From a virus: a stretch of DNA of 64,000 nucleotides. A model generated the notes under the pieces. It was not told the DNA's origin. It was given only the letters and a program-made list of their open reading frames with translations, and made no database searches. The position numbers and the translations under genes are program-made. Below, one piece after another: positions 46,766 through 57,800 of the stretch. The stretch lies in the IMG/VR virus record IMGVR_UViG_3300030012_001430, positions 6,156 to 70,155 of that record. One strand, 5' to 3'. How positions within the stretch are numbered: the stretch's first letter is position 1; each line of letters starts with the position of its first letter.

Positions 46766-47286
46766 CTCTAATCATCAGGCTTCTGCAAGATAACTGGTCT
46801 GCATCGGCGGCTGCTTTAGTTAGTGCAGGTGAAATAACGGCTAACCATAATGCCACACCTAAGTTTATCGACATACGTTCGATAGAACCGAAAGAAGGTA
46901 GAAGAGTAGACATAGATTCTGAATCTGTGATAATTGTCTTTGAAGATAGTTCCGCTACTTCCTATCCTACTATCGATTATGCTGCTAGAAGTGAGGACTT
47001 CTCTTTCACTCTTCATTTGAGGGTTTTACATAGAAGAGATATGACTAGTAACACGTTTTCTAGGGATAGGTTAGAGGCATTATACAAGATAGTCAGATAC
47101 ATCTTTGAAAACAATGCTTTTAGGCCAACTGTCTATGCAACACCCGCCGATAACACTTCGGCGGCTTTGGGAGATGCAGATTTAATACGATTAACGTCTA
47201 GAAATGAAGCCAATGATAGAGGGAAAAGACTATTGGGATACAAGATTGGAGTAGAGTTAAAGCGGTTTGCAAGAGCGACATTGTGA
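46753..47286 (+). CDS. tail terminator/neck protein
   Basis: size, position before the tail tube gene, alpha/beta pattern. Confidence 0.6.
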   Translation: MDEVTLIIRLLQDNWSASAAALVSAGEITANHNATPKFIDIRSIEPKEGRRVDIDSESVIIVFEDSSATSYPTIDYAARSEDFSFTLHLRVLHRRDMTSNTFSRDRLEALYKIVRYIFENNAFRPTVYATPADNTSAALGDADLIRLTSRNEANDRGKRLLGYKIGVELKRFARATL

Positions 47287-47295
47287 GGAAGAAAA

Positions 47296-48837
47296 ATGGT
47301 AAGTAATGAAGTATTTGTAGGAGCAAACGCACAAGTTGGATTATGCCCGGAATTAGACCTTTTCTTTGACCAAGCAGTATTGGGTGGTAGTGGTCTCACT
47401 GTGACACTAAGCAGTGGACAGCAATCAGTGACTAAACTCATTCCCAATCTCTATGTCGGTTGCACTGCTAAGATTACAACTCAATCAAATGTAGCGACAA
47501 CATACAGAACAGTCGTTTCCAATACTGCAACTGCTCTTACTCTAGATTCCGCACCAACTGACAGCAACGGTGCTGATGTTAGTTCAGGAACAATAGAGTG
47601 TTCAATCCTCTCATTTGGCGCACCTGCTTATGGCCCAATCAAGTCATCCACAGGAACTATACTCTCCGATAGTTGGGTCGGGCTAGTTAACACATTTACT
47701 CCTCCTAATGTAGAAGTTGAGATGAAACAGTTGAATCTCGCTGCTGCTGGTGGTAGGAACTTCGACTACCAATACAAAGGAGCAGAAACAGTATCGGGTG
47801 GTTCTCTAGACATCTCTCTGAACAACGGCTCTTGGCTATACTACGCATTGGGTAAGGTTGCTCTAGGCACAATGACTGGAAGCAGTTCTTCTACTGTTGA
47901 CAGTAACTCTCACAATGGGGTGGGCTTCAATGTTGGAACTGAGAGAATTGTGAGGATAGTAGATGCGAATAACTTCCCTGAAGTAGACAATAGTGGTTCA
48001 GACCTAGCAGCAACTCAGTTCAATCTGCTTGAAGGTAATGACATGTTCAACTATACTTTCTCTGAGGCCAACGATGATGTTCTACCATCATTCGCTCTTG
48101 ATGTAGTCTACCGCAAGGCAGGGCATTCCAACACTACTGCATTAGATGCATTGTCACCAAACGAGAACATGTATTCTCGAATCTTCACAGGATGCCAAGT
48201 GAATACCATGACTCTCAACTTTGAGGAGGGTCAAGAATTGAAGTGTTCCTTGGACTTAGTTACTAGAAGAGCCTTTGATGCTCCTAATGGATACTTACCT
48301 CTAGGTGGTAACTCATCTCTAACGGCTCTAAGCAACACAAGCGGTGGAAGAGGAATGGTGAATTACAGTTCCACACTAACAGACAACTATCCATTCCTAT
48401 TCTCTGATGGCACAATCACACTCTTTGGTCAGACACTGGCTAGAGTGAAAGGTGGCTCTCTAGTCATCAGCAACAACCTACTGCCACAGAGATACATTGG
48501 AAACTACAACAGGCAGATTACATCGGCACATCTACCCGGACAGAGGACATACGAACTAACCTTGACTATGCTCATAACAGATACGACACTATGGGATGAG
48601 TTGAGAAACGATAACGAATCAACTGGTGCTTTGAGATTGAAGTTCACCAAAGACTCAGGTGAGGAAATAGACATTCAACTTGCTGATTACCTAATCAACT
48701 CAGTGAACGTCCCGTTCCCTGAAGACAAAGGGCCAGTAGAGGTTGAGGCTTCAATAACAGCAAGGACTCTAACGACTGCCACCTACAAGGGTAAGTGGGC
48801 AATCATGACTCTTGGCGGTAGTGCAACAGGTAATTAG
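47296..48837 (+). CDS. major tail tube protein
   Basis: position before chaperone and tape measure; RIFTGCQVNTMTLNF-type strands. Confidence 0.75.
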   Translation: MVSNEVFVGANAQVGLCPELDLFFDQAVLGGSGLTVTLSSGQQSVTKLIPNLYVGCTAKITTQSNVATTYRTVVSNTATALTLDSAPTDSNGADVSSGTIECSILSFGAPAYGPIKSSTGTILSDSWVGLVNTFTPPNVEVEMKQLNLAAAGGRNFDYQYKGAETVSGGSLDISLNNGSWLYYALGKVALGTMTGSSSSTVDSNSHNGVGFNVGTERIVRIVDANNFPEVDNSGSDLAATQFNLLEGNDMFNYTFSEANDDVLPSFALDVVYRKAGHSNTTALDALSPNENMYSRIFTGCQVNTMTLNFEEGQELKCSLDLVTRRAFDAPNGYLPLGGNSSLTALSNTSGGRGMVNYSSTLTDNYPFLFSDGTITLFGQTLARVKGGSLVISNNLLPQRYIGNYNRQITSAHLPGQRTYELTLTMLITDTTLWDELRNDNESTGALRLKFTKDSGEEIDIQLADYLINSVNVPFPEDKGPVEVEASITARTLTTATYKGKWAIMTLGGSATGN

Positions 48838-48926
48838 GAGGCGTGACCAAGTTAGGGAACGCTATCCGATTTTTGATTCCACCAACACGTTTGTTTGTTG
48901 GTATGTATTGTAGGTGGAAAGAAAAA

Positions 48927-49294
48927 TGACAGAAAGAAAAATTGTAAGTGATAAGACTAGGCTGTTCGCAAGAGCAGCAACCGAATGCCATCAGGTTAGG
49001 GTAGCCCCTGACTCTGATGAATACCTCCAAGTTTGGATTAAAGAACCAACTTGGTTACAGGTAGAACAGGCGTTATCGTCTGTTATGGACATGGATGCTC
49101 AGGGTCAAACTATGGGCATCAATCTAAACAAGATGTATAGATACATGGTTGAGAACTTCGTAGAGAAGACCGAGCCTCAACTGTCTGCTACTGACTTAAT
49201 TAGACTCAATCCCTATATTGGTTCACAACTAAAAGAAATACTCCCCAATCCCTTCATGGATGTCATGGGGGATGATACGGGAAACGAAAACTAA
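48927..49294 (+). CDS. tail assembly chaperone (gpG-like)
   Basis: between tube and tape measure genes; slippery site at its 3' end. Confidence 0.75.
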
Positions 49295-49494
49295 TCCGAA
49301 GAGGTCTGAAAGGTGGAAGTGTAAGCAGTGAGGTGGCAATGAAGATTATGCTATACACTTACTGCACTACTTTCTCCATCAACCCTTTGGAGGCTTATGA
49401 TACACCAGTATCGGTAGTAAAGGAAATGTTAGAAATACATGGCGAAGTGAAGAGACTGGAATCGGAGGCGTTGAAAGAAGGAACAAAGAAGTGA
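49279..49494 (+). other. -1 programmed frameshift site and gpGT-like extension
   Basis: G GGA AAC at 49279-49285; -1 frame open to TGA at 49492-49494. Confidence 0.75.
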
Positions 49495-49500
49495 TTGGTA

Positions 49501-51483
49501 ATGGCAGTTGAGGATGATATCAAGGAACTCAGGTCAGAGTTTGAGGGTATTGACCGAGCCATTATCGATGGCGCAAAAAACATGAGAAACCTACAATCAA
49601 CGCTCAGTAAGACAAATGCAGTTTTAGGTTCAAAGAATTGGGAGATATTCTCTCGATTCATATCGGGAACAGGACTTTGGAGAGTTCAGAATCGAGTCAA
49701 GGCTACTGTTCAACTTCTCAATGAGATGGCTAGTTCCACAGAGAGAAGAAGACTAGAGGAAGTAAAACAACTCAAGGTGTATGCGGAAATTGCAAACCAA
49801 TCCAAAGAAATACAAGAAATACAGGCTAACATAGAAGCGGCTGAGAGTAGCACTGGAAAGGCTAGAGAAGCCGCAATAGAGAAATTGAAAGGACAATCAG
49901 TGATATTCAGTGGGCTTCTCTTTCAGTATCAAGACTCAAACAAGGCTCTCAAGGAAATGTCCCATCTGATGAGCAGACAGACTAAGGACATGGAGAAGTT
50001 AGAGAAGATTGCAACGAAAACAGCAAGAAGAAGAAAAGAAGGATTGATTGCCAATTCATTGACATTCAAGATGGTTAGTGGGTTAGAGCAGAAGATGAAG
50101 AGTGTCTTTGGTAGCACAAAGGGAATCGCCAATACTAAACTAAGCAATATCGCAGAGGCTGCTACGGATGCCAAGGAGGGTTTCTTTGGACTCAGCGAAG
50201 AGGAGATTGCTAAGAGATTCGAGGCAATAGGTCGCAGTGAGGATGACAAAGATAACGTGAGACACAAAGAAGGGAAGACAACCGGAAAGATAGGAAACAA
50301 GTTTGCTAGTGAAGAGCAGATAGAGGAGTTCAACGAACTAGTTAAGTTGGCAGAGGACAGCAGAAAGATGAGAAAGAAAGCCATGCGAAAGACTGCTGGT
50401 TTCTTCAAGTTCGCTGCTACACCAATCACAAACATAGCAAAACAAATGGTGAGACTATCAAAGGGAATACTCTCCATTGTCAGATACATGGCAATGGCAG
50501 CAGGGTATCTCCTAATCCTAATGTTAGGTCTCACTCTATTGAAGAGCGTATTTGATGAGACAAAGGACGAACTAGCAACAGGGTTTGCTGCAATGAAGGA
50601 AGTCTTTGCAATAGGTATGGCGATTGTATCACAAGGACTAGGTGATGCAAAGTCTGCGATACAAAATATAATGAAAGCGTTTAACGAAGGTGATATAATG
50701 GGTATCGTTGAAGGTGTAGGGCAGTTACTATTAGCAGGAATTACAATACTAGGTGGGTTGCTGGTTGCTACATTAGGAGCAGTTCTTGTTGGCATTGGGA
50801 CATACATCTCAGAACTTTACAAGCGATTTTACGATGTTGCCATTGAGAGATTCGGTAGTGTCAGAGCAGCAATAGTAGGAGCGTCATTGAAAGTAATAGG
50901 CATCATTGCAAAGATAGTGGCAGCAGTGGCTTTCCTCGCTGTGTTCTTTGGTGGTGGCTGGATTGCTCTATTAGTTGCTGGAATCGCTCTAGTAATAATG
51001 AAAGCAGCAGACATACTGTATGAATACTCTGACCAAATAGCAAATGTCCTGTTTGGAATAAAGGACTTCATCGTGGGTATTCCTGCTTTCATTATGGGAT
51101 TACCAGCAAAGATTGCTGAGTATATCGGTGATAAGTTCAAGGAAGCGTTGGATGTCAAAGGCAAGGTCAAAGATAAAGTCAAGGGTGCATTCAAGAGTGC
51201 TGGAAACCTTCTTGGTTTAGCAGAGGGCGGAAGGATAAGTCAAGGTGGTCTTGCTGTTGTTGGTGAACGTGGACCTGAACTAGTGCAACTACCAAGAGGG
51301 GCGCAAGTACATTCTAACAGTGCCTCCAAAGCAATTGCCTCTTCAGTTACTAACCACATAACAGTGCAAGTCACAGGAAGAGTCGGTGCTTCTGATGCCG
51401 AGATACGAGACATAGCAAACAAGGTAGCAAGGGAAATCAATACTAGAATGAATAGGACTTCGACATCGGTGGTGAAATTCTAA
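49501..51483 (+). CDS. tape measure protein
   Basis: helical with hydrophobic segments; LAEGG...VVGERGPELV motif. Confidence 0.85.
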   Translation: MAVEDDIKELRSEFEGIDRAIIDGAKNMRNLQSTLSKTNAVLGSKNWEIFSRFISGTGLWRVQNRVKATVQLLNEMASSTERRRLEEVKQLKVYAEIANQSKEIQEIQANIEAAESSTGKAREAAIEKLKGQSVIFSGLLFQYQDSNKALKEMSHLMSRQTKDMEKLEKIATKTARRRKEGLIANSLTFKMVSGLEQKMKSVFGSTKGIANTKLSNIAEAATDAKEGFFGLSEEEIAKRFEAIGRSEDDKDNVRHKEGKTTGKIGNKFASEEQIEEFNELVKLAEDSRKMRKKAMRKTAGFFKFAATPITNIAKQMVRLSKGILSIVRYMAMAAGYLLILMLGLTLLKSVFDETKDELATGFAAMKEVFAIGMAIVSQGLGDAKSAIQNIMKAFNEGDIMGIVEGVGQLLLAGITILGGLLVATLGAVLVGIGTYISELYKRFYDVAIERFGSVRAAIVGASLKVIGIIAKIVAAVAFLAVFFGGGWIALLVAGIALVIMKAADILYEYSDQIANVLFGIKDFIVGIPAFIMGLPAKIAEYIGDKFKEALDVKGKVKDKVKGAFKSAGNLLGLAEGGRISQGGLAVVGERGPELVQLPRGAQVHSNSASKAIASSVTNHITVQVTGRVGASDAEIRDIANKVAREINTRMNRTSTSVVKF

Positions 51484-52268
51484 TGACAACAAGCGAGGGA
51501 TATGCAGGAACAAACTTTCGAGTTTGGTTAGAACTACAAAGAAGGAACGAGATAGGTGGAGATAGGGCAGTCAATAGAATACCTCTCTTCGTGAACGAGA
51601 TTAGCATTGGAACACAGAAGACCGTTCCCACGATTCCAATTCCGTTCGGTTCGTTGGCAACGGGAAAATCTGAGACACTGGCTTTCGATATGGGTATAGC
51701 GAACAAGAACGTATCACTCAATGGCATACTATTGAATCAACGAATATCAAAGGATACGGGAGAGAACGCTGCCTCTGCAAAGGAGAAGATACTCACTCCA
51801 TTTGAGTTGGCTCAATTGATACACTCCTATGTAGATAGCAGTGCAGCACAAGATGACCAGTCAATAAACAAGATAATCATACTCATACCTAGCAGGATAG
51901 ATACTAACTTTAACTATCATAGTAGTCACAATCCTGCTAATCCAAACGCACCTGAAGGCTCTGAAACACTGGACATGGCTGAACTACCATTGATACCATT
52001 CACCTTCGATAATAGGAGATACGATGAGAGATTCAAGAGAGCCGCTAACGATTTCATCGAGAGTAATGTCGGTGTCGAAGGATTGTTAGATTCAACCCCA
52101 ACAAGTTCCTTTACTGATATTTCTGAGATGGATGAATTACCCGGAATGATGGGTTTTATTCGTTCCTTCAACACTACGTTTTCAGGGGAGCAACCCAATA
52201 GCGTCCAATTCACCTTAGAGTTTGAAGTTGCTAAGGTTCTCTCTGAGAACCCAATCAATAACATGTAG
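51483..52268 (+). CDS. distal tail protein-like
   Basis: directly after tape measure; beta-rich. Confidence 0.55.
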   Translation: MTTSEGYAGTNFRVWLELQRRNEIGGDRAVNRIPLFVNEISIGTQKTVPTIPIPFGSLATGKSETLAFDMGIANKNVSLNGILLNQRISKDTGENAASAKEKILTPFELAQLIHSYVDSSAAQDDQSINKIIILIPSRIDTNFNYHSSHNPANPNAPEGSETLDMAELPLIPFTFDNRRYDERFKRAANDFIESNVGVEGLLDSTPTSSFTDISEMDELPGMMGFIRSFNTTFSGEQPNSVQFTLEFEVAKVLSENPINNM

Positions 52269-52276
52269 GTGAAGAT

Positions 52277-54844
52277 ATGGCAACAACAGCACATGTAGGA
52301 GATACAAGAGCGTTGATATTTCCTGTTATGTGTGATGGACATCTGAAGATAGAGTATGATGACTACAACACTAACAACTCCAAAGATGAGTTGTGGGACT
52401 ATGGTGGGCCGTTCTCAATAGAAGCGATAGTAACCCCTTACGATGTGAATGGAGTGGGACACAGGATATCAGGAAAAGGAAGACTCGATAGTACCAAGAC
52501 CCCTCCTAGTCCAAACCTATCACTAGACGACCAAGCAGATGCTACATCCAACTATGAGAGTGTCAGTTACTTCGGAGCAGGTAGAGATACTCATAAGATG
52601 ATGATATTCTGCAATGACTATTTGAAATTCTATCTACAAAACACAACCTCATCCAATTTCAATCAACCAGCAGAATACAAGATAGTTGTCGAACTCACAG
52701 ATTCTATCGGCACTCCGATAAGCCACACAGTTAGTAGTGAACCAGTATTCGTATCTAAGAAATCATTGACTGGATACTATGACCCTGATGGTTTTTACAG
52801 TGGCATAACAACAGACAAGACGAAAATAACCAGTAGTGCGACTGGCTCTCTTCCCACTGCGACAACTTCGATAACAGGAAACTTGGCTAGTTTCACAAAC
52901 ACTGCTGAAGTACAGGGTACAGCCACATTCACTGTGAATGCTGTTCCGAGTTCTTCCCATCTAGACGTTGCTGCTTCGAGTGGTACTAATGCAACAGCGA
53001 AGATAACATTCTCAACAGGATGGAGTGCTACTCCAATAACACCGGGTACGACTGCTAGTACCAACAATGCCATCATTCTCAGAAACAGACAAACAGGTTC
53101 AGGTGCTAGTTCCAATAAAACATACAGATTCTTTATGACAGATGCTTCTTCTTCAAGTGCTTGGCCCAGTGAAATGCAGGGAAGTGGTGCTAGAATACAC
53201 ACATTTACTGATTTAGGGAGCAGTACAGGTGGGCCAATGTTGCAAGCACAATTGAATGACCTTGGCTATGGTTCAACTAATACTCAAGAGGATGTCTTCG
53301 TTCCTGAGACTGGTAGGGTTGTGATTGGTAGTAGCACCGTCATGGGTGCGAATTTTAGATTGATGTTATTCAAGGCTATCAATGACGTAAATGGTAGTGG
53401 GAGCAATCCAAGTTCGGGGTTGGATATAACGGCAATAACATCAAACACATCAGGAGTAGCAGGAGTGATTACCTTAACACAGGATGCCGTTGGAACAGCA
53501 GGAAACCACAGCACGACTCCTAATACTGGTCCTGTTATTGGCTCTAGCATTGCAAACAGTGGGAAACTAACTGCCACTGTCTTCGGGGATAACTCCTCTG
53601 ACTCAACCATTGTTGTCGGTACGAACGCTACGAGTGCTAGTAATGTGAACTACTACATGACAGTCAGATTGCGAAACTCAAATGGTGGTTTAACGGCTGC
53701 TAAATACTTCAAGTTCTTTAGTGGTACTTTCGCACATGGAGCATTGGATAATAACAGCACTACAAGCGTTAGTCCTGTTCATAAGGTTCGGATAGGAGGC
53801 AGTACGGGTGTCACTGCTACTTATTTAGCAGCAGCAATCAACAATGCATTCACAGGAACTGGCTTTGCGGGAAGTCAGGCAGAAGCCGTTGGAAGCGTAG
53901 TCACAGTAACTTCTCCAAGCGGAACAGTCCAATCAAATCAAACGTTAGCAAGAGTAAGTGGTTATTCTAGTATTATCACAGTAAGTAGCAGTCAGTTTTC
54001 CAACTACTCTGCTGCAATTACACCAACCGCATTCATCACTCTAGAGGATAGTGCTGGTCTAGTCAAGAAGTACAAACCAACTAAGGGAGAGAACAATGAG
54101 ACTAATGGTTCTACTGCAACAGAAGGAAGCAATGATGTTGTCTTCTTTACAAATGTAACTGGTACTAACAACAACCTGCAAACGACTGCTCAGAATCTAC
54201 GAGAAGCAATAAATGGAACTACGGGACACAATGGCTCTCTCACAGTGACTAGAAATGGTGCTGTGCTAACAATAGTAGCCGCATCAGCAGGAGACCAAGC
54301 AATTAGCAATACAGGAATAACTTCGGGATTGTCAATAGGAGCATTCACCACCAATGTCAATGACATCAATGTAGGGTCAGGTGAAGCAGATGAAATAGGT
54401 GCTGGTAATGATATATACAACAATGTCGGGACACTCATAGGAACTGTTTCTTCAGTAAACGGAAACACGATTACACTCGCATCTGCTCCTGCTACACCAG
54501 TCACAGGAACGATATACAGAGACCAACAGAAGGAGGCTTTGTATCTAGAGCAAGTAAGTAAAGTAGGAATGTCTTTTGACAGAAATACAATCACCTTGTA
54601 TCTAAATAATCGACCAGTGAAGAGAGCGAAGGTAAACATTGGTAAGTTCAGATTAGATACCAGTCCGGGTGATTGTTTCATTGGGCAGGATGCAAGTCTT
54701 TCTGCTACTGCGAGAAAGGCAACACAATTCATGGGTGAACTCTATGAGATTGCATTTCACAAGTCTGCTACTCCTTGCCCTACCATTACAACTCTAACTC
54801 CTAATTACAGTGATACTCTGTTCTACTACTCCTTTGGTGATTGA
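52277..54844 (+). CDS. tail protein with split LamG-like domain and T/S/G-rich insert
   Basis: FSIEAIVTP near the N-terminus; LYLNN...FIGQ...FMGELYEIAF at the C-terminus. Confidence 0.7.
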   Translation: MATTAHVGDTRALIFPVMCDGHLKIEYDDYNTNNSKDELWDYGGPFSIEAIVTPYDVNGVGHRISGKGRLDSTKTPPSPNLSLDDQADATSNYESVSYFGAGRDTHKMMIFCNDYLKFYLQNTTSSNFNQPAEYKIVVELTDSIGTPISHTVSSEPVFVSKKSLTGYYDPDGFYSGITTDKTKITSSATGSLPTATTSITGNLASFTNTAEVQGTATFTVNAVPSSSHLDVAASSGTNATAKITFSTGWSATPITPGTTASTNNAIILRNRQTGSGASSNKTYRFFMTDASSSSAWPSEMQGSGARIHTFTDLGSSTGGPMLQAQLNDLGYGSTNTQEDVFVPETGRVVIGSSTVMGANFRLMLFKAINDVNGSGSNPSSGLDITAITSNTSGVAGVITLTQDAVGTAGNHSTTPNTGPVIGSSIANSGKLTATVFGDNSSDSTIVVGTNATSASNVNYYMTVRLRNSNGGLTAAKYFKFFSGTFAHGALDNNSTTSVSPVHKVRIGGSTGVTATYLAAAINNAFTGTGFAGSQAEAVGSVVTVTSPSGTVQSNQTLARVSGYSSIITVSSSQFSNYSAAITPTAFITLEDSAGLVKKYKPTKGENNETNGSTATEGSNDVVFFTNVTGTNNNLQTTAQNLREAINGTTGHNGSLTVTRNGAVLTIVAASAGDQAISNTGITSGLSIGAFTTNVNDINVGSGEADEIGAGNDIYNNVGTLIGTVSSVNGNTITLASAPATPVTGTIYRDQQKEALYLEQVSKVGMSFDRNTITLYLNNRPVKRAKVNIGKFRLDTSPGDCFIGQDASLSATARKATQFMGELYEIAFHKSATPCPTITTLTPNYSDTLFYYSFGD

Positions 54845-54845
54845 G

Positions 54846-57800
54846 ATGGCAAAGACAAATGGAACTATTCTCTATCCCCTGAAATCAGGAGTCAATGAGT
54901 CTAATGCCACTGAAGCCTATGCTAGTATGACTACGGAGTTTTCTGATGGTTTTGCATTCAAGGATGTATCAGTCAATCCCGTATTGAAAGCGACATATGT
55001 GGAGTCTGAGACTACTGGAACTGGAACTGCCACATCCGATGTAGTTCCATCTGTGATATTCACTGAGATTAGAAAGGGGTCTCATGGTGGCTCTATATCA
55101 AATGACAAGCCTGACCAAATAGGAAACAGGCTTCTTCCTAGCAATAAGACCATCGCCAACTATGCTATAACCAAGGAAACAACACCTCCTTTCAAAGTAA
55201 AGGCATATGATACTAGTATCAGTACGGGTGAGACAAATAGAAAGTTCGTATATGCAGATACCTCATTGGGTGATTCTGTTATTGACCATCCTGCTACTGA
55301 TGTTGTGGCATTAGACATAGAGAGATATGATTATTTCATCATGTTGAATCCTGAGATATATGATTCATCAACACAGACGGATACCGCAAGACCGCATTTT
55401 GCTAAGATAACTAGAATATCTACATTCGATGAGTTTGGAGATGGCTTGGAGTTCAGCCCTAAGTATCCTACTTCTATACCAAAGGGAACTAACTTTGAGA
55501 TATTCAAAGGACCAGCAAAGACAGATACCGATGTCATGGCTGTGAGTTATGGGCTTCGTGGGGATAATCAGGCTTCGACAGACAACTATGATGTGCTAAA
55601 CAGAGTCGATAGACCAACTTTCTACTTCTACAATGACAGGTTGGAGCAGGATGACCAGTTGGACTACATGGAGAAATACACCGTCACTAGATTGAGATGG
55701 TATGACTATAATATTGCATTAGGTACAGGTGACAGTGGGAACGCTGTTGCTTTCACAAGCAGCAGTGCTGCTTATTCAGCGTTTGAGGAGGGCAGTTCAT
55801 CGAAGAAACTGTTTGTGAACACAGGCAGTTACCCACAATTTATGAATAGAGTATTCCAAGGTATGTCGCTGTTCAATGACTCGGATGATAGTTTTGTTGG
55901 TAACGTGAAAACAATCAACACCAGTGATAATTCTATTGAGTTGGATTTCGCTAGACAAGCATCAACTGCATGGAGAAGTCAGTCATCTTCTTTTGTTTTA
56001 ACCTACGGAAAGGGAATACAGAATATAGTATTCAGAACGGAATCAAAGTTGAAAGGAACAATAACCAATATTGGAAGGAGAAAACTAGATGCAACTCTTG
56101 TCGATAATCTAAGGACAACTGATGACGGTGATAGTAATTTCAATCCTATTCTATGGCATAAAGCGTTTCCAAACATGAAGAGACATACGGGGGATAGCAC
56201 ATCAACAACATCAGCGACTCTTGATGGTAATCGAACTGGTCCTTCAAGATACATAACATCCGACCCAAGACCTCGTAGGAATGACATCATTCCATTCACT
56301 ACGGATATAATTGTCAATAACCCTCAGAATAAAATGAGTAAGATATTCAAGACTAAATTACTAAACAACTCAGGAATGATGTCAGAAAAAATACGAGAGG
56401 GTCAGAAACTCAAGGCTATGAAAACAACATTCAGCGACAAGATGACTTTCAAGAAACTGCCATTCAAAGCGTCTAAGGTAGATGGTGCAAATGAGATTCG
56501 ATTTACAGAAATGTTAGATACACATGACTATGCATTATCCACTAAACTCGCTGCTAATTCTATAATCAAGGTAGATGGCTACTACTATGCGATAGATGCA
56601 GTGCAGAGTAAATCTTCAGGTACGCAAGATGTCACAGTGAAAGCGAATAAGACTCTCAAGGCAACAACATTCACTGTGACTCCAACTGTGCATGATTTTG
56701 ATAATGAGGATGTTGAGATTGCTGCTTGGACAGGAGTTCTAAACACAGAGGACTTTGATTCCGATACTCAAGTAGTCTATGCAGATGGAAACAGACTAAC
56801 TGTATCAGGAACAACCATTCCTAAAGAAGACTCCAAGTTCTATGATACTAAGGTGGTATTCTCTAATCTCAGCACTCATCAGAACCATGTGGATTACATA
56901 GACAAGGACATGGAGTATGTGAAGTTCCAAGATGCTAGTAGGAAGTTCTATCAGAATACAAACATACAGAGATTCTACTATTACACAGACACATACAGTT
57001 TGCAGGAAGAGGTCTTTGACGGCACAGTTGAATTGAGTGAGACCTCTGCTGAGAATGGCTTGTCAACATTGGTGATTGAAGGAAGAGATACCAACGCTGC
57101 TTTGCTTAACACTCTGATAGACAAGAACCTGTCTTTCTCTGAGGACATGGTGTATAGCACACTGAATCCGATTATACCAGCATTGAATGAGGCAACAATG
57201 GATGTAAGCAATGTTAGTGGTAAAGTAATTACTCATGCTGCAATAAGCAACTGGAATACCACCGCTTTAGCAAGAACCCTGTTGTTTACTAGAAGCACCA
57301 CTGAAGCAGACAACATGATTTTCATTGGAGAGGTAGCATCAGTAACAGGAAACAACCAATCTACAACTCTCACACATGAGCCGTTAGTCACACTATCCAC
57401 TACTGCGAATACTGATATCTACTATTATGACCCTCACTCTGAAGCAACATACCTCTCAGGCAAGAAAGCAATTGGCAGTAATCCATTGTTAACTAACTCT
57501 GCTGCTGACTTCTCAAGAGTCAGCGACAAGGGTTTGGTCTTCTCTGACTCGTTCTCATTCGATAGAACAGGCACTAGAACCAAATTGGAATCAACATCCA
57601 ACACTGCTTCATTTGACAATGACAGAACACTAGGATATGATATCGCTAGTCCAATCAGCATTAATTCATTGAACACTAGCACGTTGAATGCAGACTCGGC
57701 TTTTGCAATACAGTTATCAAAAGAAACGGGAGTATCAACAACCAAGATTAACAAGATGACATATGCTTCTGAGATGTTTGATATTGTAGAGACTATCTCA

